Made by a program: the position numbers and the translations under genes
Shown here: piece after piece, positions 54,461 to 64,000 of the stretch
Layout of the letters: the number at the start of each line of letters is the position of its first letter
Position numbering within the stretch: position 1 is the stretch's first letter
IMG/VR virus record: IMGVR_UViG_3300042397_000787
DNA from: a virus
Strand: one strand, 5' to 3'
DNA: 64,000 nucleotides
The notes under the pieces: generated by a model
Databases searched by the model: none
Seen by the model: only the letters and a program-made list of their open reading frames with translations
Told to the model about the DNA's origin: nothing

Positions 54461-54912
54461 TAGAATGGTCCGTGGTCTTCGTCTGAATCTTTATACTTAT
54501 CAATTGCTGCCATCAGTTTAATTTCTGTGTCAGCTTCAATTGATTCCGCTTGGGCATTGGTAACATGCGCTTCTGCTAGTGCCTTATGGTCAGTCTTACC
54601 TAGCTCTTGAACTTTGACATTAGGGTCAAGTTCTGAAACTTTCATACCCATCATCGTCGCAAACGCACCGACGAAAGCACCAACGATGGTAGAGAATGCT
54701 GGACCAATAATCTTAAAGATTTCGTTGTTATCGATTGTCTCATTAGGAACAAAAAGGCCAATCATCATGGTCACAACAACAGACATCATAATGATGCCAA
54801 GAATAGCCGCGGCCATCTTCATGATGGTAAGTTGAATCTTACCCTTCTCAATTTCTAGTTCTTGGAGGGTATCAATTTGTTTACCCACCGAGAAAAAATT
54901 TGACAAACTCAT
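54460..54912 (-). CDS. Two-TM membrane protein (holin candidate)
   Basis: Two TM helices directly upstream of endolysin. Confidence 0.55.
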   Translation of the reverse strand: MSLSNFFSVGKQIDTLQELEIEKGKIQLTIMKMAAAILGIIMMSVVVTMMIGLFVPNETIDNNEIFKIIGPAFSTIVGAFVGAFATMMGMKVSELDPNVKVQELGKTDHKALAEAHVTNAQAESIEADTEIKLMAAIDKYKDSDEDHGPF

Positions 54913-55448
54913 TGTGCATTCCTTCTTATAATTTTTTTCTTCTTTTTATAATTTGCTTGTGCCTTCTTAGAGACACCAGGTTCTGCTTGGTTGGCTTTAG
55001 TTGGATTTGGAATACCAATCCCAGCTATTCCACCACCACCGACACCCATCTCTTCAACAAACTGTCTGAATGATAGTGTTCTGTTCTCTAGGTCTTCTGC
55101 TAAAGCAATAGCGTCTGGTTCTTGGTGTGCCATGTAGAATAGTTCCTCTAAAACATCGTCATCATATTCTACCCCTTCTTTTACCAATGCAACCGCAGCG
55201 GCAAAAGAAAGAAAGTTCTTACTTTCTACTGGCACCATATGAATAATTCTTTTCAATCTAAAAACTAAACGATGGAGATAAGTATATGCTTCTCTCTCAA
55301 CATCTGTATTTAGTTTTGAAATTGGTGTGATTTCTTTACCCTTCTTGTCGATAATGCCCAAGCGGTATGCGTCCGTTCTTTCAAACGGAGTAGTGAGCAT
55401 CCATAGGACGCGCAGTGCAATAGCATTATCGATCAACTTAGCCATCAA
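54909..55448 (-). CDS. Conserved T4-like virion-associated protein
   Basis: TPFERTDAYRLGIID..G; LVFRLKR. Confidence 0.65.
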   Translation of the reverse strand: MMAKLIDNAIALRVLWMLTTPFERTDAYRLGIIDKKGKEITPISKLNTDVEREAYTYLHRLVFRLKRIIHMVPVESKNFLSFAAAVALVKEGVEYDDDVLEELFYMAHQEPDAIALAEDLENRTLSFRQFVEEMGVGGGGIAGIGIPNPTKANQAEPGVSKKAQANYKKKKKIIRRNAQ

Positions 55449-55800
55449 TATTCCTTAAAGTTCTCGCTATGTTTAAATCTAAAGGTATTTCTGGTATATC
55501 ATCTACAGTCATTCTATTTAGATAAACTAGAAATGTTTTCAGGTATGACCAATACTTATTTTCTAATTTATATAAAAGCATCAAAGTGGTTTCATTACCA
55601 AATACGTTATACAAAACTATTAAGTGATTGAGTATCAATCTTTCACTTAATATATCTGTTGTTACATATCTACGAAATAATCGTTTGATATACTTAAATC
55701 GTTTTAAATCTTCTTCAAGGTCAGACATACCAAGGCAACCTCGATTGTCATAACTCTTAATAGCAAAGATCAAAAAATTATCATCATTTAATTCAAACAT
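55438..55800 (-). CDS. Conserved T4-like protein
   Basis: EDLKRFKYIKRLF..ERLILNH..YNVFG. Confidence 0.7.
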   Translation of the reverse strand: MFELNDDNFLIFAIKSYDNRGCLGMSDLEEDLKRFKYIKRLFRRYVTTDILSERLILNHLIVLYNVFGNETTLMLLYKLENKYWSYLKTFLVYLNRMTVDDIPEIPLDLNIARTLRNIDG

Positions 55801-55801
55801 A

Positions 55802-56254
55802 TTATGTTACTGTCGCCGTTCCTCCAATGAAATACCACAATGTTCCTTGGAACATAAGTGTCGCGGTATCTCCTGCCCCATTAAAAACAATACTAGAATG
55901 ACCAATATTGGACGTAATACTTAGTGTATGATTTGCGGAATTTGATTGCATGATGATAGTTTTAATTTGGCCATCAACACCATCAACGATGGTTAATGTA
56001 CCACTAGCATCAGGTGACGTAATCCTTGTTACCAAAGATGTAATTGAAATGGCACCCGCAGCCGATAAAGTCTGCGGAGTGCCACCCAATACTAATTTGT
56101 CTTCTAAAACTACCGGGACAGGAATGCCGCCGAACAGATTAGCAACAGTAATCTTATGATCATATGGACTTGTATTTGGTTTCACTAGATAAATCACATC
56201 AGCCGAATTCGCTTCGGTTGCTGGATTCATCGCTGTTACTTTGCTATCTGCCAT
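55802..56254 (-). CDS. Virion structural protein (beta-rich)
   Basis: MADSKVTAM; GQIKTI; GDTATL. Confidence 0.6.
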   Translation of the reverse strand: MADSKVTAMNPATEANSADVIYLVKPNTSPYDHKITVANLFGGIPVPVVLEDKLVLGGTPQTLSAAGAISITSLVTRITSPDASGTLTIVDGVDGQIKTIIMQSNSANHTLSITSNIGHSSIVFNGAGDTATLMFQGTLWYFIGGTATVT

Positions 56255-56260
56255 TAGTTA

Positions 56261-57832
56261 TTAATCCTCTGGGAATTCGATATCGTCAGCGGCATCACCG
56301 GTGATGCCGTTCTTCGAAAGGGCGCACAGAACTTCATACTGGATACGACCAGCATGAGCACCAGTTAGAACCTTACGCTTTACCCAACCAGTGTGAGCAA
56401 CAGCACCACTAAGTCCTTCTTCATCACCTTGGTTTACACCAAGTGCTGCATTAGCAGTAGCAGTTGTTGCAGTCATCAGATCGAAATACTGATCATTATT
56501 ACCAGTACCAGAAATCAGAACGAGTGTAAATGGCGTATATGTTAGACCAGTTGGCGTACCTACTGTTGTAGTAAGTGCAGAACCATCTTCACCCGTCAGA
56601 GTAAATCCAGTTACGGATGGCGATGTACCTGTAACAGCAGAAACAGTATAGATGCTGCCCGTCGCATATCCAGAAATAGTACCAGTTCCACCTAGTGTAC
56701 CAGTAATACGAATACGATCACCAGCTGCTAGAGTAGTTGCGGTGCAAGTAAACTGACCGCCAGTTCCAGAGATAGCAACACCAGCAAGTGCGGTACGACC
56801 AGCAGCAGCAGAGGCAGAAGCAGCCAAACGGAACAGACCAGTTGTAAACCCTAGAGCAGAAACAAAGTATGAAGTTCCGTTTACTAAACCAGTAACAGCA
56901 GTACCACCATTATGATAATACTTAATTTCTTCACCAGAAACTAAACCGTGAGTAGCATAAGTAAACTTCTCTTCAGCAATAGTAACAGCAGATGTAGGCA
57001 CAGTTCTGCGTGGAACTGAAAGATTTACAGTAGGAGCAGTTTCATATGAAGAACCATTGTCTGTTACAGTGATTGCAGTAACTACGCCACCAGAGATGGT
57101 CGCTGTTGCCTCAGCATCAGCACCACCACCACCTGAGAAACCAACAGCAGGGGTTTCAAGGTAACGTGTACCACCTTGGATTAGAGCAACCGCTGAAATG
57201 TAACCACCCGATTGGTCGCCATGAATTTCGCTGCTTCTTACACCAAAAACTTGTGTCGATTCAAAGTCAGTTGATCCAACAGAGGCAACGAAAGTTGGTT
57301 TTTCGTGGGCTCTATATGTTTGACCAGAGAATGTAGTCAGAGTTGTTCCTGGATTTGCATTGATAACAGTCGCCACTGTTTCACTAGCAACGGCGATTAC
57401 AATCATTTCCTGAGTACCAACACGAACGATATCATTAACAAGAAGAAGATCCGTCACGAACAAGGTGTCTGTACCTGTTAGAGTTCCGCGACCGTAATCT
57501 AGACTTAGTGTGAAAGTGTGTGAAGCACCTGAACCATCTGTCGAGGCGATTACTGTTGGATTATTATGTAGTGCCTGTGCTTCAGTAGCAGCAACCATGA
57601 AAGTATCTGTAGTAACATTAGTTACGTAGTATGTGCTGCCAGATGTCAGACCTACAACAGAAGTTCCTCCACCGTTTGCATATGCAACAGGATCGCCTAG
57701 TTGAAATGGATGGCCTGACGAATTATAAACGCCGGCAGCATGACCTGTGGCGCCATTGAATGTGATAGCAGGTGCAGTAAGAGTTACTGTACCCGACACT
57801 GATTTACTATCTGCTTTACCCCATGCGGACAT
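56261..57832 (-). CDS. Virion fibre/decoration protein
   Basis: Thr/Gly/Ala-rich; repeated Y..GGT.V.GL..G..Y; GG.Y.TAPTV modules. Confidence 0.7.
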   Translation of the reverse strand: MSAWGKADSKSVSGTVTLTAPAITFNGATGHAAGVYNSSGHPFQLGDPVAYANGGGTSVVGLTSGSTYYVTNVTTDTFMVAATEAQALHNNPTVIASTDGSGASHTFTLSLDYGRGTLTGTDTLFVTDLLLVNDIVRVGTQEMIVIAVASETVATVINANPGTTLTTFSGQTYRAHEKPTFVASVGSTDFESTQVFGVRSSEIHGDQSGGYISAVALIQGGTRYLETPAVGFSGGGGADAEATATISGGVVTAITVTDNGSSYETAPTVNLSVPRRTVPTSAVTIAEEKFTYATHGLVSGEEIKYYHNGGTAVTGLVNGTSYFVSALGFTTGLFRLAASASAAAGRTALAGVAISGTGGQFTCTATTLAAGDRIRITGTLGGTGTISGYATGSIYTVSAVTGTSPSVTGFTLTGEDGSALTTTVGTPTGLTYTPFTLVLISGTGNNDQYFDLMTATTATANAALGVNQGDEEGLSGAVAHTGWVKRKVLTGAHAGRIQYEVLCALSKNGITGDAADDIEFPED

Positions 57833-59160
57833 TAGTTGTCTCCCTTTTTATATTCTTGATCTACAAAGTTAAAAAATTGTTTGCGTTTTTCTTCATCAAG
57901 TTCCGAGGGAGACTTGATACCATACTGTGTAAGTGCTGCGTCAAATGTGGTCTTATAAGATTCATTCATCTGTGTGAAGGCAGCGATATCAGCCAGTGCT
58001 TCGCCGCGGCGAGATTCCTTTGCAAGAATTTTACGGCCAGCACGGATACGACTATTTAAACGGTTTCCATACTTTCTCATACTATCCAGGTCATTAACAT
58101 TTGCAACGACTTCACCCGGTTTAGTCTTTGCCTTATCCATATAAGATTGAAGTTTACCCTTTGAAAGTTCATCGATTGTTTCGACTTCTTCTTTCACACC
58201 AGCATTCATTTTTTTAGCATGAGCATGTGCAGCCTTGTGCTGGTCAGGAGATGTTTGCTTTGATTGGGTGTCTCCATAAGGAAACGACTTGACCACCTTT
58301 GATGTCATCAATGCCTGACCCATCGCATCTTTTTTCCCAGTAGGAATTTTTTTGTTCACATGATGTGCGTTATTGGCTGTGTGAACGAAATATGTTGCTT
58401 CTTCCAGATCGACTTCCTCAGTGCGAGAGTTTTTCAAATCGGCGGCGCTAGGTGCACCTTCTGAACCAGGCTTGCGCATACGTTCACCAGATCCTGATTT
58501 AATGCGCTTACGCTTTGCATGAATGTTATCCCAGAGGCCGCGCTTCTCTTCGACTGGCTCGGCTTCTTCATTCTTCTGGGTATTCATTGCCTTCTTAGCA
58601 AGATGTTTGGCAACGTTCTTTACCTTATTGCCGTATTCGTCTTTGCGCTCTCCGGCTTTTTTATATGGACCTTCAAACGGCATTTTTTCTTCATTCATTT
58701 CGCTTTGGAGATAGTTCGCTGCGGTTGAGATATAGTCTTCTGCTAGGGTAATCTTTGATTGAACCCACTCAGGAAGATTTGTATCTTCGCTCATCGAATC
58801 ATGCATACGTTGCGAGTTAGCAATGATTGACTTTAGTTGGGACATAGCCATGTCACCTTCATAGTCATACTCTTGCTTCTCTTTAGCTTCGGTTGCATAC
58901 GATTTAGCACCAACTCTGGCCTTATTAAAGATAGAATCATCACCCAGAACGATGAACATCATGGAATTTAAGAAGTTTGCCATGATGTCGCGCTCGGCGC
59001 CTTGAAGTGGATAACCACCTTGTATCTTAGTAATAGCTTTGCGCAATAGAGGAATAGTATTCGATGGCATTAGTCCAGCACGGACTAGTTGCTGCAAACG
59101 CATATCCAAATCTACTGACTCTGCCATTACAGTGTCTTTAATTGTTTGTTCGAGTGACAT
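57832..59160 (-). CDS. Putative capsid-internal/core multi-module protein
   Basis: Modules separated by hydrophobic-x-E sites (MNEE, VEE, LEE, IDELS). Confidence 0.6.
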   Translation of the reverse strand: MSLEQTIKDTVMAESVDLDMRLQQLVRAGLMPSNTIPLLRKAITKIQGGYPLQGAERDIMANFLNSMMFIVLGDDSIFNKARVGAKSYATEAKEKQEYDYEGDMAMSQLKSIIANSQRMHDSMSEDTNLPEWVQSKITLAEDYISTAANYLQSEMNEEKMPFEGPYKKAGERKDEYGNKVKNVAKHLAKKAMNTQKNEEAEPVEEKRGLWDNIHAKRKRIKSGSGERMRKPGSEGAPSAADLKNSRTEEVDLEEATYFVHTANNAHHVNKKIPTGKKDAMGQALMTSKVVKSFPYGDTQSKQTSPDQHKAAHAHAKKMNAGVKEEVETIDELSKGKLQSYMDKAKTKPGEVVANVNDLDSMRKYGNRLNSRIRAGRKILAKESRRGEALADIAAFTQMNESYKTTFDAALTQYGIKSPSELDEEKRKQFFNFVDQEYKKGDN

Positions 59161-59186
59161 TAGTATCTCCTTATCCTCTATATTTA

Positions 59187-59624
59187 TCACTTAGAGGATG
59201 CACGGATCATCCAACCGTGTTTTGCATGAACATCTAATCTCTCTTCGAGTAAGTTCAATAAGCCTCTATTATTTTCCGCGTCTGCCAATTTATGAGCCGA
59301 ATTAAGTGCTTCAATCACAGAGGCATTTGCGTCATTAAGGTCAGATAACATACCAGATACATCTACACCATAGATATTAGATTCTTTGATAGTAGTAATA
59401 GAAGCAAGTTCTGTCATATTATATGGCGCATATTCATCCAAAGCTCTAATTTGTTCCGCCACGGTGTCTATAGCCGCAAACAGTTCTTCGTAGATGTCAG
59501 AAAAGAAATCGTGCAGCTGGGAGAAGTCTTTACCTTCTACATTCCAGTGAAAGCCATGCGCCTTAAAATACATTGCATATGTATTTGCCAGAACAATTTT
59601 AAGGGAAGTATTCAACTCATCCAT
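59187..59624 (-). CDS. dps: Dps ferritin-like DNA protection protein
   Basis: HGFHWNVEG..F..LH.FF..Y..D..AE.IR..WM. Confidence 0.92.
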   Translation of the reverse strand: MDELNTSLKIVLANTYAMYFKAHGFHWNVEGKDFSQLHDFFSDIYEELFAAIDTVAEQIRALDEYAPYNMTELASITTIKESNIYGVDVSGMLSDLNDANASVIEALNSAHKLADAENNRGLLNLLEERLDVHAKHGWMIRASSK

Positions 59625-59625
59625 A

Positions 59626-61884
59626 TTATTTCTTCTTCGTTCTTGCGTTGGTCACGCGGCTCTGGTCACGCTTTCTTTCGCTTTGTTGTAGGCGGATTGA
59701 AAGTCTTGATACCATTGGTGCCATGCGCTTTACTTGTGCTTCGATACGTGCCTTTTCAGAGGCTGATACAGAAGATGGGTCGCGGTTACGAAGAATGCGC
59801 TTGTAAACCATTCTACGAGCGGCGCGAATTGAACGAGATTTAATTCTATCAGGTGTAGCAATACGCTTTAGCGCCATATTCTTTGCAAGATTGCGGCGAG
59901 TCTTGTTGCGCATTGCAGCAAATCTTTTCTTTAGACGACCCTGAGGAGTGATGGCTTCATCTAGTTCGCCTTCATTCTCATCTTCGTCTTCTACATCTTC
60001 GGCATCATAGTATTTACTTAGGTCTTGCCATGAAGAAGATTCAATTTCATTAGTGACATCAGCCTCAATTGCAGCCAAGTCACCCTCGGTCCATTGATTT
60101 ACCGTATCGTCGGCGCTCATATCATCTAAACCAGGTAGAGGTGATAGTTGATACGGCGAAGGATAATTTGCAGGTGAGATATTGTCAGTGCAAGGTCCCA
60201 TTGTCTGACCCATGGTCTCTTCTGAGATTGCTCTCATAAAATCAGCATGTGATTTGTGGGCGCGCTTGACTAGACTTTCTTTTTCGATTGAAGACTTCAA
60301 CGAGTGATAGCGGTCATTGAACTTCTCTACATGGTTAGGAGCTACGTGGTGTTCTGCACCATCATAGAACTTAACCTTGGAACCAATAGAAGTGGCTTTA
60401 CGAAGTTGCATAACAAGATGCTTAGGTTCTTCTGCTCTCTGGACTGCCTTTTTCTTTGCAATATCTTTCTTAGCCTTTGCGATTTTTTTCGGATCGGCAA
60501 GTGTCTTTCGTAGTTTGGCAGCAAATTCAGAACGCTTCTTGGCACCTAGGGCCGAGATTTCGTCGAGTTGTTGTTCTTGGATAGCATCACCAGAAAATGG
60601 ATTCATTGCTGGAATCTTATCAGCCGCTAGACCTTCTTGTCCTGGTGTCATAGCTGCCCACTTCTTGCGAAGTTCTGGGCTACCCCATTCGTCTTCTTTA
60701 CCTAGTTCTTCTTTGACAGTGCTGTTGTTTAGACGTTTTGCCATAGCACCACGAATTCGCGAGAGAGACCCGACACTGCTCTGTGGTGTTCTTGGTTTTT
60801 CAGCAGCAGGATGCATCGTAGGTTTAGCAATCGGCGGACGTTTTGGTGGCGTTTTCGGCGTATAACCATTACTAACGCTGTGTGCATTTTGGTCAATACC
60901 ATACTCGTTTATCTGCTCGATTTCTTCGTTACAATTCCAGCGGCGTAGTGACATAGCCTTACGGGTTGGACGACCCTTCTCATCCTTCATAGGACCTTTC
61001 ATGCCACCCATGCGGGCGCAGAATGACTTGCGACGACCAGCAGCTTCACCTTTTGGATCCAGCTTACTAGGAGGTGTAGTAACAGCCGTCTTGATACCCA
61101 TGGCCTTGGCACCCTTACGAGTTAGACCAGCGCCATCTTCTGTGGCACGGTAGTGACCCTTAGAGTCTTCGCCGCGCTCTTCTGGAAGAATTGAAGACTT
61201 AGTTACCTTTGATTTGAATACAGTGTGGTCAACACCGACTCTCTTTGCTGCAACCTTATGTGCATGAGCGGTGTTCTGAGCCTTAACATGGACCGAACCA
61301 GCAGCAACAGCTTTACCAGCATGTTGTTTAGGAAAGTCTACCTTCCACATGCCATATGCTTCTTCGACTTTGTTTGAGACTTCGATGGTCTGTGCATTCA
61401 ATGGCTTCTTGGCTTCATCGCCGTTTGCCGCCTTGTATGCTTTGTCCATATCTTCGTCGCTATCACTTTCTTGTGGCTTTAGACCAGCATTTGAATGGTA
61501 GCCATACTCACCTTCTTTAGGAAAGCCTTCTCTTGGATAATTATCAGCGGCTTCTTTGACATGACGACCCATGCCACTGGAATAGGTATTGAGTTCGTAT
61601 GGGTGTGTGCCGCCCTTGTTGAATACTTGAACATGTACCATGTGCTTCTTGCCACTAGTATGAGTGGCTGGCATACTTACAGAGGTGGTATTACCTTCGC
61701 TTGGCTTCTTTGAGCCAACACCAACGTGCTGGAATCTATCATCGTCACTTACACTAAGACCAGCCTTTTGGTGGTGTGATAGTGCGTGATTGATTGCATC
61801 GGTATATGATTTGTGATACAGTGTGTAATCAGAACCACGAGCCTCTTTCAGTCGCGCCTTTGCTTTCTCAATAATATTAGCCAT
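59626..61884 (-). CDS. Large basic modular protein, putative protease-processed capsid polyprotein
   Basis: Many LKEA/VEEA/LDEI/LDEA junctions; RRKSFCARM..LRRWNC module; late promoter. Confidence 0.6.
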   Translation of the reverse strand: MANIIEKAKARLKEARGSDYTLYHKSYTDAINHALSHHQKAGLSVSDDDRFQHVGVGSKKPSEGNTTSVSMPATHTSGKKHMVHVQVFNKGGTHPYELNTYSSGMGRHVKEAADNYPREGFPKEGEYGYHSNAGLKPQESDSDEDMDKAYKAANGDEAKKPLNAQTIEVSNKVEEAYGMWKVDFPKQHAGKAVAAGSVHVKAQNTAHAHKVAAKRVGVDHTVFKSKVTKSSILPEERGEDSKGHYRATEDGAGLTRKGAKAMGIKTAVTTPPSKLDPKGEAAGRRKSFCARMGGMKGPMKDEKGRPTRKAMSLRRWNCNEEIEQINEYGIDQNAHSVSNGYTPKTPPKRPPIAKPTMHPAAEKPRTPQSSVGSLSRIRGAMAKRLNNSTVKEELGKEDEWGSPELRKKWAAMTPGQEGLAADKIPAMNPFSGDAIQEQQLDEISALGAKKRSEFAAKLRKTLADPKKIAKAKKDIAKKKAVQRAEEPKHLVMQLRKATSIGSKVKFYDGAEHHVAPNHVEKFNDRYHSLKSSIEKESLVKRAHKSHADFMRAISEETMGQTMGPCTDNISPANYPSPYQLSPLPGLDDMSADDTVNQWTEGDLAAIEADVTNEIESSSWQDLSKYYDAEDVEDEDENEGELDEAITPQGRLKKRFAAMRNKTRRNLAKNMALKRIATPDRIKSRSIRAARRMVYKRILRNRDPSSVSASEKARIEAQVKRMAPMVSRLSIRLQQSERKRDQSRVTNARTKKK

Positions 61885-61916
61885 TAAAAGTATCTCCAGA
61901 AGCTAAACGTTTGCTA

Positions 61917-61924
61917 TATTTATA
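61917..61924 (-). promoter_or_regulatory. T4-type late promoter
   Basis: TATAAATA. Confidence 0.75.
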
Positions 61925-61928
61925 ACAA

Positions 61929-62444
61929 TTACTTCTTCGATTTCTCGGAGTTGATACGGTCAACCTCAGTTTTGTTATCTGCAATCCACTTCTGTAGAGC
62001 AATCAATTGCTGGGCGTTTTGCTGGCATCTGGAGTAGTTTGTGATGATTCCGACGAGGGCCGTAGTGTCTGTAATTCCTGAGGAGGACGCATCAGAAGCT
62101 CGGGTGGGGTCGGCATCACTGGCAGTGGCACTAGAGTCGTGCGTGAACACCCAGCCGTTAGACATAACAGACTGGCTAGGAACAATGTTTTTGGCGGTAT
62201 CAATGTAAACATATTCTTTCTCTCTAATTGTGTTTGTTCTATCAACATATTCAGTAACTACATTATTACTTATTTCAGCATTCTTTTTCTCAAGTTCGGC
62301 AACTTGTGTGCTTGCCTTAGCAGCAAATCTTTGTAGTTCTGCTTCGGCGTAGGCAGAGCCCTTCATATATCCATATAGGAATACACCAAGTATTAAAGCA
62401 GCGCCTGCTAGTAACTTATATGGGAGAGGGATCATACCAAACAT
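61929..62444 (-). CDS. Inner-membrane spanin (Rz-like)
   Basis: N-terminal TM + coiled coil; embedded lipoprotein gene. Confidence 0.75.
   Translation of the reverse strand: MFGMIPLPYKLLAGAALILGVFLYGYMKGSAYAEAELQRFAAKASTQVAELEKKNAEISNNVVTEYVDRTNTIREKEYVYIDTAKNIVPSQSVMSNGWVFTHDSSATASDADPTRASDASSSGITDTTALVGIITNYSRCQQNAQQLIALQKWIADNKTEVDRINSEKSKK
62003..62212 (-). CDS. Outer-membrane lipoprotein spanin (Rz1-like), embedded
   Basis: Alternate frame; lipobox LTAG-C; Pro-rich. Confidence 0.7.
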   Translation of the reverse strand: MFTLIPPKTLFLASLLCLTAGCSRTTLVPLPVMPTPPELLMRPPQELQTLRPSSESSQTTPDASKTPSN

Positions 62445-62454
62445 ATTTAATTCC

Positions 62455-62703
62455 TTATTCTTCTTCTGACTTCTTTGTTGGTTTCTTAGGCGCAAACTTT
62501 TCTACACCAGTAATACCAAGAGTGCCGATAACAATATACATTACACCGTTGAAGATAAACTCTTCAATGGTGAAGTCCCAGAATAGATTAGCAATGTAGC
62601 CAATGGCAATAAGTAGTGTAGCAACAACTGCTACCATACGTTTAGAAGATGGATTACCATTTTCTGACATCATATCTTTGATATATGTTAGAAATTTGCC
62701 CAT
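62455..62703 (-). CDS. Two-TM holin-like protein
   Basis: SSKR + two TM + basic C-terminus, adjacent to spanins. Confidence 0.6.
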   Translation of the reverse strand: MGKFLTYIKDMMSENGNPSSKRMVAVVATLLIAIGYIANLFWDFTIEEFIFNGVMYIVIGTLGITGVEKFAPKKPTKKSEEE

Positions 62704-62704
62704 G

Positions 62705-63313
62705 TTAGAGTCCTAGAAACGTTTTGAAGGACAAGGCTTCATGGAGGCCCATGCCACGGCGAACATCTTTATAGAGTTCGCTCTTATGCTTTGTGGACAT
62801 TGCACTAGGTGCCATCTTATGAAATTCTTTTTCGTTACCAGCGGCTGCATGTTGGCGCATCTTGGTACCAGAAGCGCCTGCTACACCTGTGTCAGCATCC
62901 GAACGTTCTTTACCAACGGTATGAATGGTAATCTTCTTAAAGTTGTAGTGGCCGTGACGACCTTCTTTGCCATTATACTTATGCGCGAGAGCATGGAATT
63001 CATGTGCGCGGTCTGAACCAACGTGTAAGTGTAAGTGTGTAACACCTTCACTATGAAGTCTTGACATTTGGTGTAGGAGAGTGGGATGTTCTTTATCTAG
63101 AAGACGAACATTGGCACCTGGAAATGCTCTCTTAGCATGTTTCAACTTCTGTTCAGGCGTCAAAGGATTCTTTTTAGAATCGTGTGTGCCAGTAAGAACG
63201 ATGGTATGTCCGTGGGTACCAGCCGTGTTACGAACTTGGTTTACAACAGCTTCATGACCCACGGTGATTGGGTTCATTCTACCTTGTGTGATATGATGAT
63301 GAACGTCAGCCAT
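62705..63313 (-). CDS. His-rich cytidylyltransferase/NMNAT-like nucleotidyltransferase
   Basis: GRMNPITVGH, KNPL, VGSDR, SGTKMR. Confidence 0.75.
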   Translation of the reverse strand: MADVHHHITQGRMNPITVGHEAVVNQVRNTAGTHGHTIVLTGTHDSKKNPLTPEQKLKHAKRAFPGANVRLLDKEHPTLLHQMSRLHSEGVTHLHLHVGSDRAHEFHALAHKYNGKEGRHGHYNFKKITIHTVGKERSDADTGVAGASGTKMRQHAAAGNEKEFHKMAPSAMSTKHKSELYKDVRRGMGLHEALSFKTFLGL

Positions 63314-64000
63314 TATTTGCCCTTGCTTGCTCTTAGAATTGCACTGCGCTCTCGGTTAGCTTTCGAGAAGCCTTCGCGGTCAACAACCTTCAGACCATGG
63401 GCGACATAACCTTCGCCGCCAGCGGCTGCACCATTAATATGCGTCGAGAACCCACCACCGGCGGCACGATCTAATCCTCTAGCAAGATGATTGGTCGCTT
63501 GTTGTAAATGGTGGTGAATTTGAAACGATCTTTGAAAGTGCTTTTTGCTGGCATCTACCTGCGATAGATGAGTATTCATAGTGGCAGTCTTGCGCTCTTT
63601 AGCAGCCGGAGTCTTGACGGCATCTATCAGTTTCTGGTGCGAAGTTTCTAAATGCTTCCTGTATCCTTCGACTGAAGGTTTTTCACCGCTTGTAACAGTT
63701 CTATTGATATAAGTTCTTAGATGTATTTCATGACCAGGCAGATGCTGATACGAGTGACTTTTCATCAACTTTTCTGCCGCACTCAGATGCTCTTCTGCTT
63801 GGGACTTAACTGTAGAATGAAGTTTGCGCTCTTTGTCTGATACAAGATGTTGTACCATGTGAACATCAGGATGTGATTGAAAGTGCGACATGTCCGTGAT
63901 AGGATGTGCGGTTCTTTCTGGACCCTTTAGCTCCGTATGTATAGTAACACTAACCTTGGATTTCTTTAGCTTCTTCGCTTCTTCGCTACCAGCATCCGCA
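63313..64000 (-). CDS. His-rich conserved T4-like protein (5' end outside window)
   Basis: Frame open to window edge; EGYVA..KVVDREGFSKAN. Confidence 0.65.
   Translation of the reverse strand, partial: ADAGSEEAKKLKKSKVSVTIHTELKGPERTAHPITDMSHFQSHPDVHMVQHLVSDKERKLHSTVKSQAEEHLSAAEKLMKSHSYQHLPGHEIHLRTYINRTVTSGEKPSVEGYRKHLETSHQKLIDAVKTPAAKERKTATMNTHLSQVDASKKHFQRSFQIHHHLQQATNHLARGLDRAAGGGFSTHINGAAAGGEGYVAHGLKVVDREGFSKANRERSAILRASKGK

Noticed and set aside
62705-63313. Complete NAD-reconstitution (NARP) pathway
   Set aside because: No Nampt or PRPP-synthetase-like partner in the window

Overview
64 kb segment of a large lytic T4-like (myovirus-type) phage genome, almost entirely minus-strand. It encodes gp61 primase, RNase H, ATP-dependent DNA ligase, NrdA/NrdB/glutaredoxin, ThyX and dCMP deaminase, and has TATAAATA late promoters. 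The host is probably an alphaproteobacterium (GapR, DUF465, GANTC-bearing promoters). The G-1:C73 tRNA-His points away from Caulobacterales/Rhizobiales/Rhodobacterales, e.g. toward Sphingomonadales. Layout: (1) 1-5 kb, a putative DNA-glycosylation cluster; (2) 5-28 kb, a hypervariable early region of small ORFs cut into cassettes by a ~65-bp promoter/leader element (15 copies in all, the last at 31.5 kb), each carrying a CcrM/GcrA-type GANTC site; (3) 28-38.6 kb, an array of 26 tRNA/tRNA-like genes covering all 20 amino acids only if several structurally aberrant tRNAs are functional, plus three unassigned structured RNAs and interspersed tailoring enzymes; (4) 39-52 kb, replication and nucleotide metabolism; (5) 52-64 kb, lysis, virion and putative capsid-internal proteins. 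Family assignments come from recalled motifs and RNA folds from manual pairing; no database searches were run.
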